DNA from: Laetmonice hystrix
Taxonomy: Eukaryota
Direction: 5' to 3'
NCBI GenBank assembly: GCA_965235115.1
Contig: OZ249436.1
Location: forward strand, 33,108,001 to 33,172,000
Length of the DNA: 64,000 nt
Position 1 is the first letter of the stretch; each line of letters begins with the position of its first letter. The position numbers and the translations under genes were made by a program. Shown here piece by piece: positions 52,983-64,000 of the stretch. Below the pieces are notes generated by a model. That model saw only the letters and a list, made by a program, of their open reading frames with translations, was not told the DNA's origin and did not search any database.

Positions 52983-55900
52983 CTGAGACAGACAGACAAA
53001 ACAGATAGGTCAACATCCCAGACGGTGAGGTTACGGGGTCATCTAAGTAACTTTCCGACGGGTCAAAGAAAACGAATTACAAACCTGAGTTGACAAAGGA
53101 CTGAGATTCAATAGACCCTAACAATAAACACCTAGCGGAAACATTCATTGTAGTCGAGCCCTCTCCTCGGGTTTCTCCCGGCACAATATGTCTCCTGAAC
53201 TCTCCTTCGGAAACACCCTGCTGGAGCAGCACCAGACTCTTATGTCATACATAGTTCATTGATAAAATATATTCCTTAATATATCTGGAATGTATCGTAC
53301 ACATATACTCGTGAATTTCTTACTGATCCAAGTGATGAGATTCCAACGTAAATTGCTTCATTGTGACCTTTGTCTACCTGCACTAAATCAAAACGACCTT
53401 GAGTTCCTGACACTTGAAGCACTTGACGGCATTCCCTGGCTGGCTGATAGAGCCATTAAGGCCATGCTCATTAGGCTCCTTGTCCGGCATGCCCATACAT
53501 CACTACCACCGGACAGGGCCTAGGAGACCGTGATTGACCCTTGACCGGAGAAGGACCTCTAATTGTGTGCTGAGACGGCGGCGCAATGCCTCAGGGATCT
53601 GACCCTAGTGGAGGTGGACGTTCCAATCGGCCATGCTGTGACCATTGGTCAGTCAACGCCCTGCCCGGCCACAGCCCCTCCACCTTCCCGACCGCCTCTC
53701 TCCACAGGGCCACCCCCCCCCCCCCCCCCCCCGTCCACACTGCCATGCACAGATACAGACACAGAAACAGGCCCAACTAGCCTTGTCTATTTGAAAAGTG
53801 AGACGGGAGTTTTCTAAAGGGTTCAGACCCCCCTGCGCACCCTACACAGGGCCCCGACCGAGAGTCATCTCAACCCCCCTCCACCCTCCAGAGGTGTACT
53901 GCACAGCCTGAGTCTACACATATGTCTCTTTGATATATGTCACAAGGTAGAGCTGCACCCGTAAACTGACGGTAAGGTGGAGTGTACCCTGACAGATGAA
54001 CTGAAGTCATGTACCTTGACGGTTGTAAAACTCATTCTGTAATACTCAGCGGTACCCTATACTTGGTACTTCTATAGATCTATTAACCTCACATTGAAAG
54101 CCCGTCAGACAGGGCACAGAATCCAGTCAATATGAGAGCCAGAGCCAGGAGGTAGGGAGACCTAAGGAGATCTAATCGTCAGAATTACCTCCTACCCTTA
54201 CCCCTGTACCCCAACCTCTCCACTCCATGACGTTTTCTGCCGATCACCCCCTGACTAACAGCCCAACCCCGAGGGTTCCACATCCACCCGAGCCATTTCG
54301 GTTCTCACTTCTGACAGCTCTACCCATGGCCGGCACGCCCTTAAATATGCCTTTTGCTGGGGCCTGTCATATTTTAATACCTGCTCAGACAGGAAACATT
54401 TTAGTTGCAAACCTAAAGGGCACCGGAGGGCTAAAAGTACGGCTAGTGGGTTCAGACTAGCAATAAAATACGACTCTGGGCCCACGTCTTACCTGGCATT
54501 TCTACCATTGGTTTAATATCAGGAGGCAAGATAATTGACTTCTATCTGTTCCTCCTGCCCGGAGTCGGCTCTGAGTGGCATGTTATAATGGTTGGAATTC
54601 ATAACTAGGCCCAGATGTTGTTTTTCTAGGAACCTGAGTAACTAGGCGCTACATACCGGGAGTATTTACCGTTATTGCTTGTCTTTTAATCAACACCAGA
54701 AATGACCGGCTCTTTCCTGGTATCGGACTAAGGCCATTTTGGTTATTCGATGCGACCAAAAAATACCCCAAAAATATCCTACATTATGGAGTAAGTTTTG
54801 GAAGATCTGAAGTTCGTAGAGCTGGTACTGGTACTGCTGTAAGCAGCCTGTCAGTCACTGATCACCTATAACTCCCATGATAGATATCTACACGTACATT
54901 ATAATGAAGGTTTCTAACTAACACATGTGGCCCTATACTTCCCAGGTGAGCTCCCTGCAGCACTCCCATCCCCGCCTGAGACAGCATGGATCAACTTCAG
55001 CGTGTTTCACTATAGGGTCAATTTCTATGGATCACTTTTAATTGACCCAGAAATGTCTCCTCATTGTCTCCCTAGATTCTACAACCAATGGTTCTTTTCA
55101 ACAAGACACCACAAAACACTTTTGACGCCTCGGACAAACTGAAAAGGCAGAAGAGTCCTATTACCAAAACAGACGCTGGTGGATCACCATGGGGTTTCGC
55201 CAGTTTTGTCATAGTTCCCTCGACGTCCCAGCATCACTGCTGTGAGATGGGTGGCTCTCTAAGCCACCTGGCGGCGAGGGGGTCTGTGACAGCCGAGATA
55301 ACGAGCCCGCTCCGTCCTTAGCTGACGTACCAAACACGTCATCTGTCACCCAATCAGGTGGCCGTCAGCGGAGACAACACTCGCCATACGTGGATACGGG
55401 CCGTGCAATGTTACGTCCTTTGTGAGCGAGTGGCCGTGCCCGTCACGCCTGGCCGGACCGGGCCGTCAGGTGGGCCCCCGGTCGTCAGGTGGGCCCCGGC
55501 CCGGTCTGACGGTAATCAGTGTCACGGTGACACTAGGAAACCACTCACACAAACAAAGGGTGCCTCACTCCCCACCAGGGCGAGCACCACCGGGGAGCGC
55601 TATAGCCAAAAGGCACACCTCCACCTTACAACCCCCGCTCTACTTTAGACCAGCAATGAAGCCAAAACCCACGACCAACACCATTTATAACGCCGACTCC
55701 TTGCAATAAACGCATCATCTCGAGTTATCAGCAGTCAAGCCCACATACCTTGCTTCCTAACCTGTCCGGCACACTCTTTAATAAGCGCAACTCATAGATC
55801 GTGATGTTTAAGAAGAAAAAAATAAGACACCAGAAAGGGAGAAAAAAAGTCGAAATAAATCATGCCGGTAGGGACAACCTACCACAGCTTGCTATGCTAG

Positions 55901-56398
55901 TGTTTACCCTGGGAAACAGCGGAGATATACGAGACAGTCGACCCCCTTCCGTGCGCACCCCCCATCATCATCTTCGTCATCCTTCACCTGCCCTCAGGTA
56001 TAATACTACCATCAGGGATGACTTTTTACCTGGAGAGACCCCCACCCATACCCACACCCCCTGCCGGACTAAACAGCTACCAACACAATGCGGCCATACC
56101 CTGGGCATGGGTCTATACCAATATACCTGTCAACGCCTCCTGAAATGTTAGAAATCACATCATGGGGATATTTATTCTAACCACACTATACAGCTTCATC
56201 AACGCTGTCTCTACTGCTCGAGGCTGGGAATCTCCTGGTCATAATTCACCAAGGCGTAACGTCAACCTCCTATTGTTGTTCTTAACGACTCATTAGTTTC
56301 CATATATCAAAACAAAAACGGGAACAATGTGGTTATAGCTCATACTCAGAGCATCCCGTGTGCAACTACTGGAGCCGGTAACGATCGAGCTGCAGTCG

Positions 56399-56557
56399 TT
56401 AAAGCAGCCCATCCACATACAATATTATTGAGTCAATAATATTGGAACAGTATTTGAAACAATGGTGCAGTGCTTCAATAGGACAAATAGACGGTCAGTA
56501 ATATTGCGCAAACCTGAATATTGTACAATAATATTGTACGTGGATGGGCTGCTTTAC
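56399..56557. mobile_element. MITE-like element with ~28-bp terminal inverted repeats and TTAA-type flanks (Kolobok-like)
   Basis: Left TTAA|AGCAGCCCATCCACATACAATATTATTG and right CAATAATATTGTACGTGGATGGGCTGCT|TTAC; one mismatch between arms. Confidence 0.65.
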
Positions 56558-57945
56558 ACTCTAACTGTACTTGCACCGATAGTTTTCTACGAACGGGTGT
56601 TTAAGATTTAAATTGCAATTCTAAAAGGGCAAATGATTATGTGAATACGACAGACAAATATCCATCAACCTCTTATTATCTTAAATTTATTTTAAACAAG
56701 AGGTCAAAGGACAAAGTTTTCTTCAAGGCTCTGGCTATTTTTACTTCTCATCTATTTTCATTTATATCATCTGTTCCAGTTTGGACTTATCGATCAAACC
56801 CCCGGAAAGACCCAAGTAAACTTTCCAAGCTTGATGACGTATCACCAAACTGTACACCTCCGGTCTGTTAAACCAGTGCTGGCTCAATCCTCCAATGGCA
56901 AATAAATCAGCCGCCATGTATTGTACCAAGATGTTTATAATCTTGTGTCCGTCCTGATCCTCTAATCAACTTCACTCTTACATATACAATGTACACTAGC
57001 CCTGCTGCTCCGTGATGCCTTGTCACGCCAGCCAGATGATGGAGATACGGAGGCAGACAAGGAGGAAGCTACCAGTGGCGTCTCAAGGAGGAGAGAGGTT
57101 TCATGGTAACCTTACCTCAGGCGGTGCAGACAGTGAGGCCCCAACCAGTACCGATATCATCGCCCGAGACCTCTCTCACTGTCTCCAGTCCTAAGTAGGT
57201 TTTTGTTTGTGGTCAGACTCACCATGGCACCAGCCGGCCCTCTCACCTACTACTACTACAAAACACAAGCGTTGATCCTGGCTCCTTAACCCTTCACTGC
57301 CAACGAAATCATGTCAAATCTATAATGTACCGAAACGAAAATGTAGTAAGCCTGAGCTTACTGGTGTATTCGTATTAATTTATTATTTAGGATGTTCGCT
57401 CGTTTTTTTTAAGTAAGTCGTTTGGCAGTAACACGAATCCCGGAATAAGGTTACTTATACAACTTTTTTTAAACCCTAAAGTGACAAAGACAAATGTAGG
57501 CATCCGAACACCAGGGGAGAGTAAGAATTATTATTAAGTCTTATCTATTTTAAGTATTGGGAGCGCCAGAGAAGAGTTATCTAGAGGTGGAGAGTTGTGA
57601 ACATCTGGACGAGCCGGAGACACCTTCAAGGGTGTGTCTGGCCAGCCCAAGGGGAGATTTCTCACCAAGTGGTCCCACAGACAACCCTCACCCCCGACAC
57701 CTCTCCCTGACCAGGAGCTGCCCCTGTTTGTCCCTCGATGACCAGATACCATATTACCACGGTCGGGAAGTTTACACCTACATATTGTGTTCCTCTCAGT
57801 ATAGCGGCGGTGTGGCGGGATATTATGGTCAACTTTAGGGTGACTTCAATGGACCCCAAACGGAGTTCTTCACCTCAGTGCCCCATCAAACGGTAACCCA
57901 AACAGTCCCTCTGTCAGGCTGCAGCAAGACCAGGAGCCGGTTTTA

Positions 57946-58060
57946 TTTACTTTTCCACCGTGAGCAAGGGTGAGCTGAGCTGAGCAAGGGTGAGCATGAG
58001 CTTTTGGCTCACCCTTGCTCAGCTCGGCTCACCCTTGCTCACTCACGGTGGAAAAGTAAA
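57946..58060. mobile_element. Near-perfect palindromic (foldback or MITE-like) element
   Basis: A 50-nt arm (57946-57995) pairs with a 54-nt arm (58007-58060): one mismatch, one 4-nt bulge, 11-nt loop; internal tgagcaaggg subrepeats. Confidence 0.7.
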
Positions 58061-59769
58061 CAAAAAAAACGGGCCCAGACCCACTCGGTGCTGCCCCATC
58101 TTTAAGCGGCCAAGAAGATGCTTCAACTAATTTTTCCAGTTCACTGCATCAGTTCGTCCTGTTACAACCTTTAAAGTTTTATTGTGTGGATTTACTCGTA
58201 TTTGACTTATATATATCATCGATGTAAATGAAGGGAATGATAACATGTAAACGTTTGATTAGTGAAATACACATTCAGAGATGCGGGGAAGAAAAACAGA
58301 CGAGGTGGATTTCCTTTTTATTCTGTGAAACTGATGCAAGAGCATAATTTATGGGATATGAAGACAGTTGGCAGTAAAAATGTCAACGGTACGATTCATG
58401 CCACAAGAGGTAACTTTTTGTTCCCGTATTTATCTTTGTTTTCTGAGAGTTTTTCCTTCATATTCAGGTGACAAGTCTTCATGTGTCCTCACATAGTAAT
58501 CCCATTTACAGCAAAAAAGAAGTCACGGAAAAACGTAGGACGAGAGAACCGAGTGTCTGTTTTTGTTTCCGTTTTTTCCTCAGTGTAGTAGTACTCACTT
58601 CAACATCAGATTAAAGCCAACGTAAAAAACTCAACTGTGGTTAATATGCATGAAACAATCCAGCATACATCAGCCAAAAGGTTATATGTCAATGTATTCT
58701 AATACATACCGAATGGTGAAAAAAATAATCCAAGCAAAATAAGGGCATCACCACATTTTAACCTGTATGTAATGTAAACAGCAATATTTGTTCAGGGGTC
58801 GTCCATAAAACTGCGCCCATGATTTCGAATGAGCCACAAGTACGTGTTTTCTGTGGCTTCAGGAACGCCTCAGGTCCCTTCCTTATAAACCTCTGAAAGG
58901 CTCAAGGGCCCTCAAGGACCTGTTATCTAGCTGATGGCCCAGGTGAGGACGCAGCTCACGGTGAGGCTCTATCCTCCCGCCTCACCTCAACCCCACACCG
59001 ATAATTGTGTCCCATTCACTTCTGAAAGCCCGAGTTGAAAAGCCAGCTCTGGTATGAGCGGCAGCACAGCCCAGGGTTTACTTAGGGGGAGAAAGGAGCC
59101 TCCGACAGCTTCTGGCCATTGAGTAGTGTTCAGTGGTCTGACGCGTGTTGTTTAGCCCTCTTCATGAGCTGGCGCCCATTGAGGTGGTCCTCTCACAGCC
59201 GTATTGGCCCACAGAGAGTGGGTCCAGCAATGGCAGGCGGACAGGTACCGTAATGTAAACATCAAGTTACACTTTCATCAAATCCTTCGTTATTACAATC
59301 TTAGGCCACCGTGTACACAGACAACCTGCTCTGTTGAGAGCACAAATATTACAGAGGTGATAGTTTCCTTTTCCGGGTATCACAATGGATGAACATCCTA
59401 TTCAATATTATTGTCCGATCATCGATAGCTTGTAATAAATGGATTCAGTACGAATAATGTGGGGGATTTTATGGTCCCAATAAAAAAGAACCATGCCTAC
59501 CTCTGCAATACCTTTTCCCCATGAGTCACATTCAAGTACACTCAATATTCTAAGCTGGCTTTCGAGTCAGTATTCCATTCTATATTGTGGCGTATGTTGC
59601 CCAGGGTTGCCAATCAAAATGCCAACTTTTTAGGTGTTTTATGTCTCCCTCCCTCCTCCCCACCCCCCAGTTTCCTTCTTTACCTGACACAATAACATCA
59701 GTTAAAAAACATCCCTCTTCGTGAATAACATTGAACTGATATGCTACCTGAAGCTGGTCGTGTACTTAC

Positions 59770-59873
59770 ATCTGGAAATGGCAGTCCATCAGGTGGTAGA
59801 CATTGCAGCTGTACGGGCGACTCGATCTCCACAGCAGTGCTAATCGGTTCTCTCTCAAACCGTTTACGTAGGT
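59770..59873 (-). CDS. unc5: UNC5 exon, first half of Ig2 (xLRKRFEREPISTAVEIESPVQLQCLPPDGLPFPD)
   Basis: 104 nt; acceptor tttttgcag|AC, donor GAT|gtaagt; resembles UNC5 YLRKxFxxEP...LQCxPPxGxP. Confidence 0.95.
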
Positions 59874-62454
59874 CTGCAAAAACAAGAATACACAAAAATG
59901 TCAGAAACAGACTTGGCCATTTTGTGATATTTTCTAGGATATACCGGGCTGTAGCGCGGACAGGTGTAGCAGCAGGGTTGGAGCCATTGACCTCGTATCT
60001 TATATCGTTACACGACGTGATGGAAATGTGCTTCGATGGTCGTTTAACTTTTGTTAACCAGCAATTTATTACGACGGCCGAGCACGTAAATCATACCCGC
60101 AGTATTGACATCGCCATCAATATTTCACCTGTCAATGTATCACGCTTTGTCGCCAACTATAGTGCTTAGAAAACCTCTAAAAACCTCTCTAAAAAGAGGC
60201 CATGTATATTTCACACCATAACTAATTGACGAGTAACAAATGCCAATGGCGGTTACTGGCCTGACAATAAATACTGTGCCGTCCCTGTCCTCACTACAAG
60301 CCCTTAAAAAGCCCTCTCAACACGGACACTTAGTGGCAAAACAACTGGGTTTTCCTTCGCCAATGGAGTCCGTTCCAATGCCTCAGAGAACCAAAAAACT
60401 CGTCTAGAAAATGTCTTGAATGAACTCTGGGCCAGGTTGTGGAAGGCGTTTGGTGGAGACAGAGTCTACCAGGCCATCCGGAAATATTTCCGATTTTCTC
60501 CAATGGTCCGAGTTCAGTGCAGTAGATTAATGATGGCGGACCTCCATCCGGCCCCCCTCCCGTGCCGGTCCCGGTCCCGTCATATTTTTATTTAGGGGCT
60601 GTGTTGCTGAGCCAGATGACTGGATTTGTGGCACTATGATCTCCATGGAGACGGATAATGGGATCTCCATCACTGAACGCTTCCAGCCGAGTGAGGCCCA
60701 TCAAACGATCGTCTTTGATCCCCGCCTTCCCATGATGCCTTCCTATGGGTGGATGGCATAACTCTGGTGCATTTTCACAGCAGCACAAATGTTTGTTCTG
60801 GTGCATTTTTTTCCCTTCGCTCATTTCCTTAAGATCGTCGCAGACAGAACCATGTTAAAAGTCAAACGGGAAGCCTTAAAATTGATGAGGGTGCCAAGTA
60901 TAAAGATGTCGGGAACCCCGATATTTGTGTGAATTTTCTGTGAAATTTCATAACCGTCGGCCCATAAAATAGTGCAAGATTTAAAAAAAATTACATCTAC
61001 ATAATTTACGGTACACATTCTACTGAAAGAAACCCACAACTCATTCCTGTGCCATGGTGGTGTATTCTTTAACCACAACCAGAGACTCTACGTTCCGACA
61101 AAAACCTTCTGTATGCTGGGTTCTGCGGATGCCACTCGATATGCTATATCACTGTCATGTTCATGTTTAACGGAACACATACAAGGTTACATCAAACTGG
61201 GCAGTTTGTTTTGTTGCATGACACTGTCGTGTTACGGTGGGGGTTGGAGTGGAGATCAGACAGACAGGTGGATGAGGGTCAGGTGGTGGCGAATCGTCTG
61301 CTACATGTGAAGGGATTACAAAACGTGGCATGAGGCAGGTTAGGGCTTCACCTAGCCTTCATGATGTTATTACTACATGAACATGCGCACATAGGACTCC
61401 TGACATGTTGCCATGTTGTAATACAGAAACACAGAAGAAATCATGTTCTGCTGACTTGTGATTGGAGGTCGTCTATTCTGTGTGAATTACGCACCGGCAA
61501 CCGATGGACATCACTCACCACAAGTGGCAAGTATAACATTTGGCTACTTTCTGCCCTTGTCCTGACAATGAAACAAGAGGGCCCTGGAGGTTTCCCTGGA
61601 GGTTTCCCACTGCTAGACCATAACGCATTCTATACGAAAAGTGAAGATGATGGAACTACATCCCTGATCCCAGCCCAGACCCTCGTTTCTTTAAACCCAG
61701 TTTCTCCCATGAATCATGTGAAGAGCCGCGGCCTGGATCATGTCTTTATGCTACACGGCAACAAGTTGGCATCCACCTCTCCCTCAAGTGTCGCCACTGC
61801 TGGCGGGCGGACAAACTCTCAAAAAGACCTCGCCACAATGTTCTCCTAATGACCCCGGCGTGCCGAGGTAATGTGCCGGGGATCCCTGGAGCTGAGTGAT
61901 GTCAGACTGTATGTGGTGTTGTTGTCGGTTCAGACACCCTCTGTCTGCAGGTGTTAGTAATGATCCCTGATCACCTGCGGAGACCTGGCCGCGCGCCCAC
62001 CACCATTGCTGTCGCTCAGCGCGGTCTCCGTCCCTGAGTCACTTCTCGGGAATGACATAAAATGTTATGGGTGACAGAAAAACGGCAACATCTTTCATAA
62101 AGCCGTCACTGGAACTGGCCGCCCGGGAGAAAAATATAAGTTATATATGTCTAACCAAGAATAGGTTTTACAAAAAGTGGCGTTTATCCTTTTCCCTCTC
62201 TCCTGTCACGTGTTCAGTTGTTATACTCTTGAGGCAGTCTCAAACAGCCTTCCCTTTCAACCACGTATCTCGACCGAAGTCCCGCTAAACTCTAACTCCT
62301 TCTTTCTGTTGGATCCTATACGGTTTCAAAATTAGTCTTTATTTGCATGATATCGTGGAAGGCTACCACGTGAAATAATCTACCATTAAAAGGATATTAA
62401 ACGTCCTGTCCCTTATATCTCATTTTTCCTACTGATACATTTTGTCTTCTGTCT

Positions 62455-62815
62455 TGTGTCGGTGACGTTATGACGTTACGTTGATACGTTCTCCGTGCCG
62501 TCATGTGTCGGTGACGTTATGACGTTACGTTGATACGTTCTCCGTGCCGTCATGTGTCGGTGACGTTATGACGTTACGTTGATACGTTCTCCGTGCCGTC
62601 ATGTGTCGGTGACGCTATGATCGACAATATGTGTCTGGCATAATACCTCTCTGACGTTACGTTGATACGTCTTTGCGCCTCACGTGTCTGCAACGTTATA
62701 AGTATATGGTTCTGTCACGTGTCTGTGACGTTACGTTGATACGTTCTCCGTGCCGTCACGTGTCTGTGACGTTACGTTGATACGTTCTCGTCACGTGTCT
62801 GTGACGTTACGTCAC
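62455..62815. repeat. CpG-rich 49-bp tandem repeat x3 plus degenerate copies
   Basis: Unit tgtgtcggtgacgttatgacgttacgttgatacgttctccgtgccgtca; TGACGT at 62463, 62512 and 62561 confirms the period. Confidence 0.93.
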
Positions 62816-64000
62816 GTGCCGGCAGACGTCTCTCTGTGCTGTCGTTTACATGCAGCATGCATGGGTCCCCTGTTCCTTCATGACAAAGTCCCATCAAGCC
62901 GTCTCCACGTGTGACAGTAATCATGACTGTGCTCCTCGGTGTCGTCATGGCAGCACATCATAATGCTTTTTGCTTGTTTGTTGGCCTATTATCACCCTGG
63001 CCTGACCCAACATGGCGGCTGGCCGGCTCGGGGGAGTGCTGGTAAAATGGGCGGACAACCTGACTCACTCTCACCTCCACGGCGCTCATTCCAAGACATT
63101 CTGCCAGAACCTGTCAGAGCAACGGCTTGTACGCGTTCACACCTGACTGGTGGAAAAATTACCCTGCAAATTAAGCTCCCACCAGAATTTCTCCACTGAG
63201 CACAAGACAAAACCTTCATTCATATACAAGATATGAAATACCGAAATATTATTTTTTTTTTTTCGATATCGGGAAAGGAAATCATTTGACGTAATCTTTA
63301 TCGACGACCTTTATAAAGGTTATTTCGGTTTGTCTTTTTGGTATATGACCCAAAATTGGGACTGTTTAGTCCTTGGAAAGTATCGGCCGTAATTCTGAAG
63401 ATTAGTTAACAGGTTCATGCTTGCACCACCAACAACGTGCAAGAACTGACTGCAATACGGCTGTGTCTTCCGATAATACCCTAGCTACTGTTAGAACCAG
63501 TAATCCCAGGTCCCAGAAGGCTTCCTTGAACGACTTATCTCAGCAGACAGAGCGTTTCTACAAATATCCCAACATCTCAATTAAGTGAACACTCATCACT
63601 AGTTAGACCTGTAGATATGACATAATTACGACATTTCACCGTGTCTGTCCAGGTCCTACATGGGATGCCAATTCCCTATGACCCTTGTGAGTGACCTCTA
63701 ACTCCACCCACCCCCCGTTCCATCTCAGGCTAGCCCCCTCCCTCCATGCACTGCACTCTAATAAACATTTAATCATGACTAAATAACCACCCCATCCGAC
63801 GGTACCCTATCCAAATTTCACCCCCAACTGTGCAAATACACAGAAATTGTTTCCAAACGTCATTAATATTGTACATGGGGAAGACAGGGGACCGTCGGGC
63901 CTGTCCTGAATTCAACCAGCTTGGACGCGGGCCTCGAGTCGTCAATGTCATGAATATGTACCTGTGAACACCAGCAAACAACACAGGTCAACCTTCCAGG

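Larger units (their letters stand above)
392..59873 (-). other. unc5: UNC5-family netrin receptor gene, partial (Ig2-TSP1-TSP1-TM-ZU5 exons; 5' and 3' ends outside the window)
   Basis: Eight exons with AG/GT ends join in one frame (phases 1,0,1,1,1,1,1,1,0; 1394 nt) and give the UNC5 domain order Ig-TSP1-TSP1-TM-PDLT motif-ZU5. Confidence 0.97.

Noticed and set aside
59874-64000. Search for the UNC5 Ig1 exon
   Set aside because: I saw no Ig1-like translation (YWCQCVAW-type motif), so it is presumed to lie upstream of the window.

Overview
Eukaryotic (animal) genomic DNA. The whole window lies inside one minus-strand gene encoding an UNC5-family netrin receptor. Eight core exons with canonical AG/GT boundaries join in frame: 59770-59873 and 52802-52982 (Ig2), 42488-42655 (TSP1-1), 33364-33525 (TSP1-2), 12407-12529 (transmembrane), 9090-9476 (cytoplasmic linker and ZU5 start), 1579-1680 and 392-558 (ZU5). 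I did not find the signal-peptide and Ig1 exons (expected beyond 64000) or the UPA and death-domain exons (expected before position 1). The protein is divergent from vertebrate UNC5A-D, so an invertebrate bilaterian is likely (lophotrochozoan is a guess). The introns hold about ten tandem arrays, two inverted-repeat (MITE-like) elements, degenerate LINE relics and several CTCF-like motifs. The best hunt results are two frame-preserving phase-1 exon candidates: a 147-nt exon that would insert a strongly acidic 49-aa linker between the two TSP1 domains (35075-35221), and a 36-nt juxtamembrane microexon (10316-10351). Nearly all other entries in the ORF track are intronic noise or repeat artefacts. 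All splice models were read by eye and need transcript evidence.
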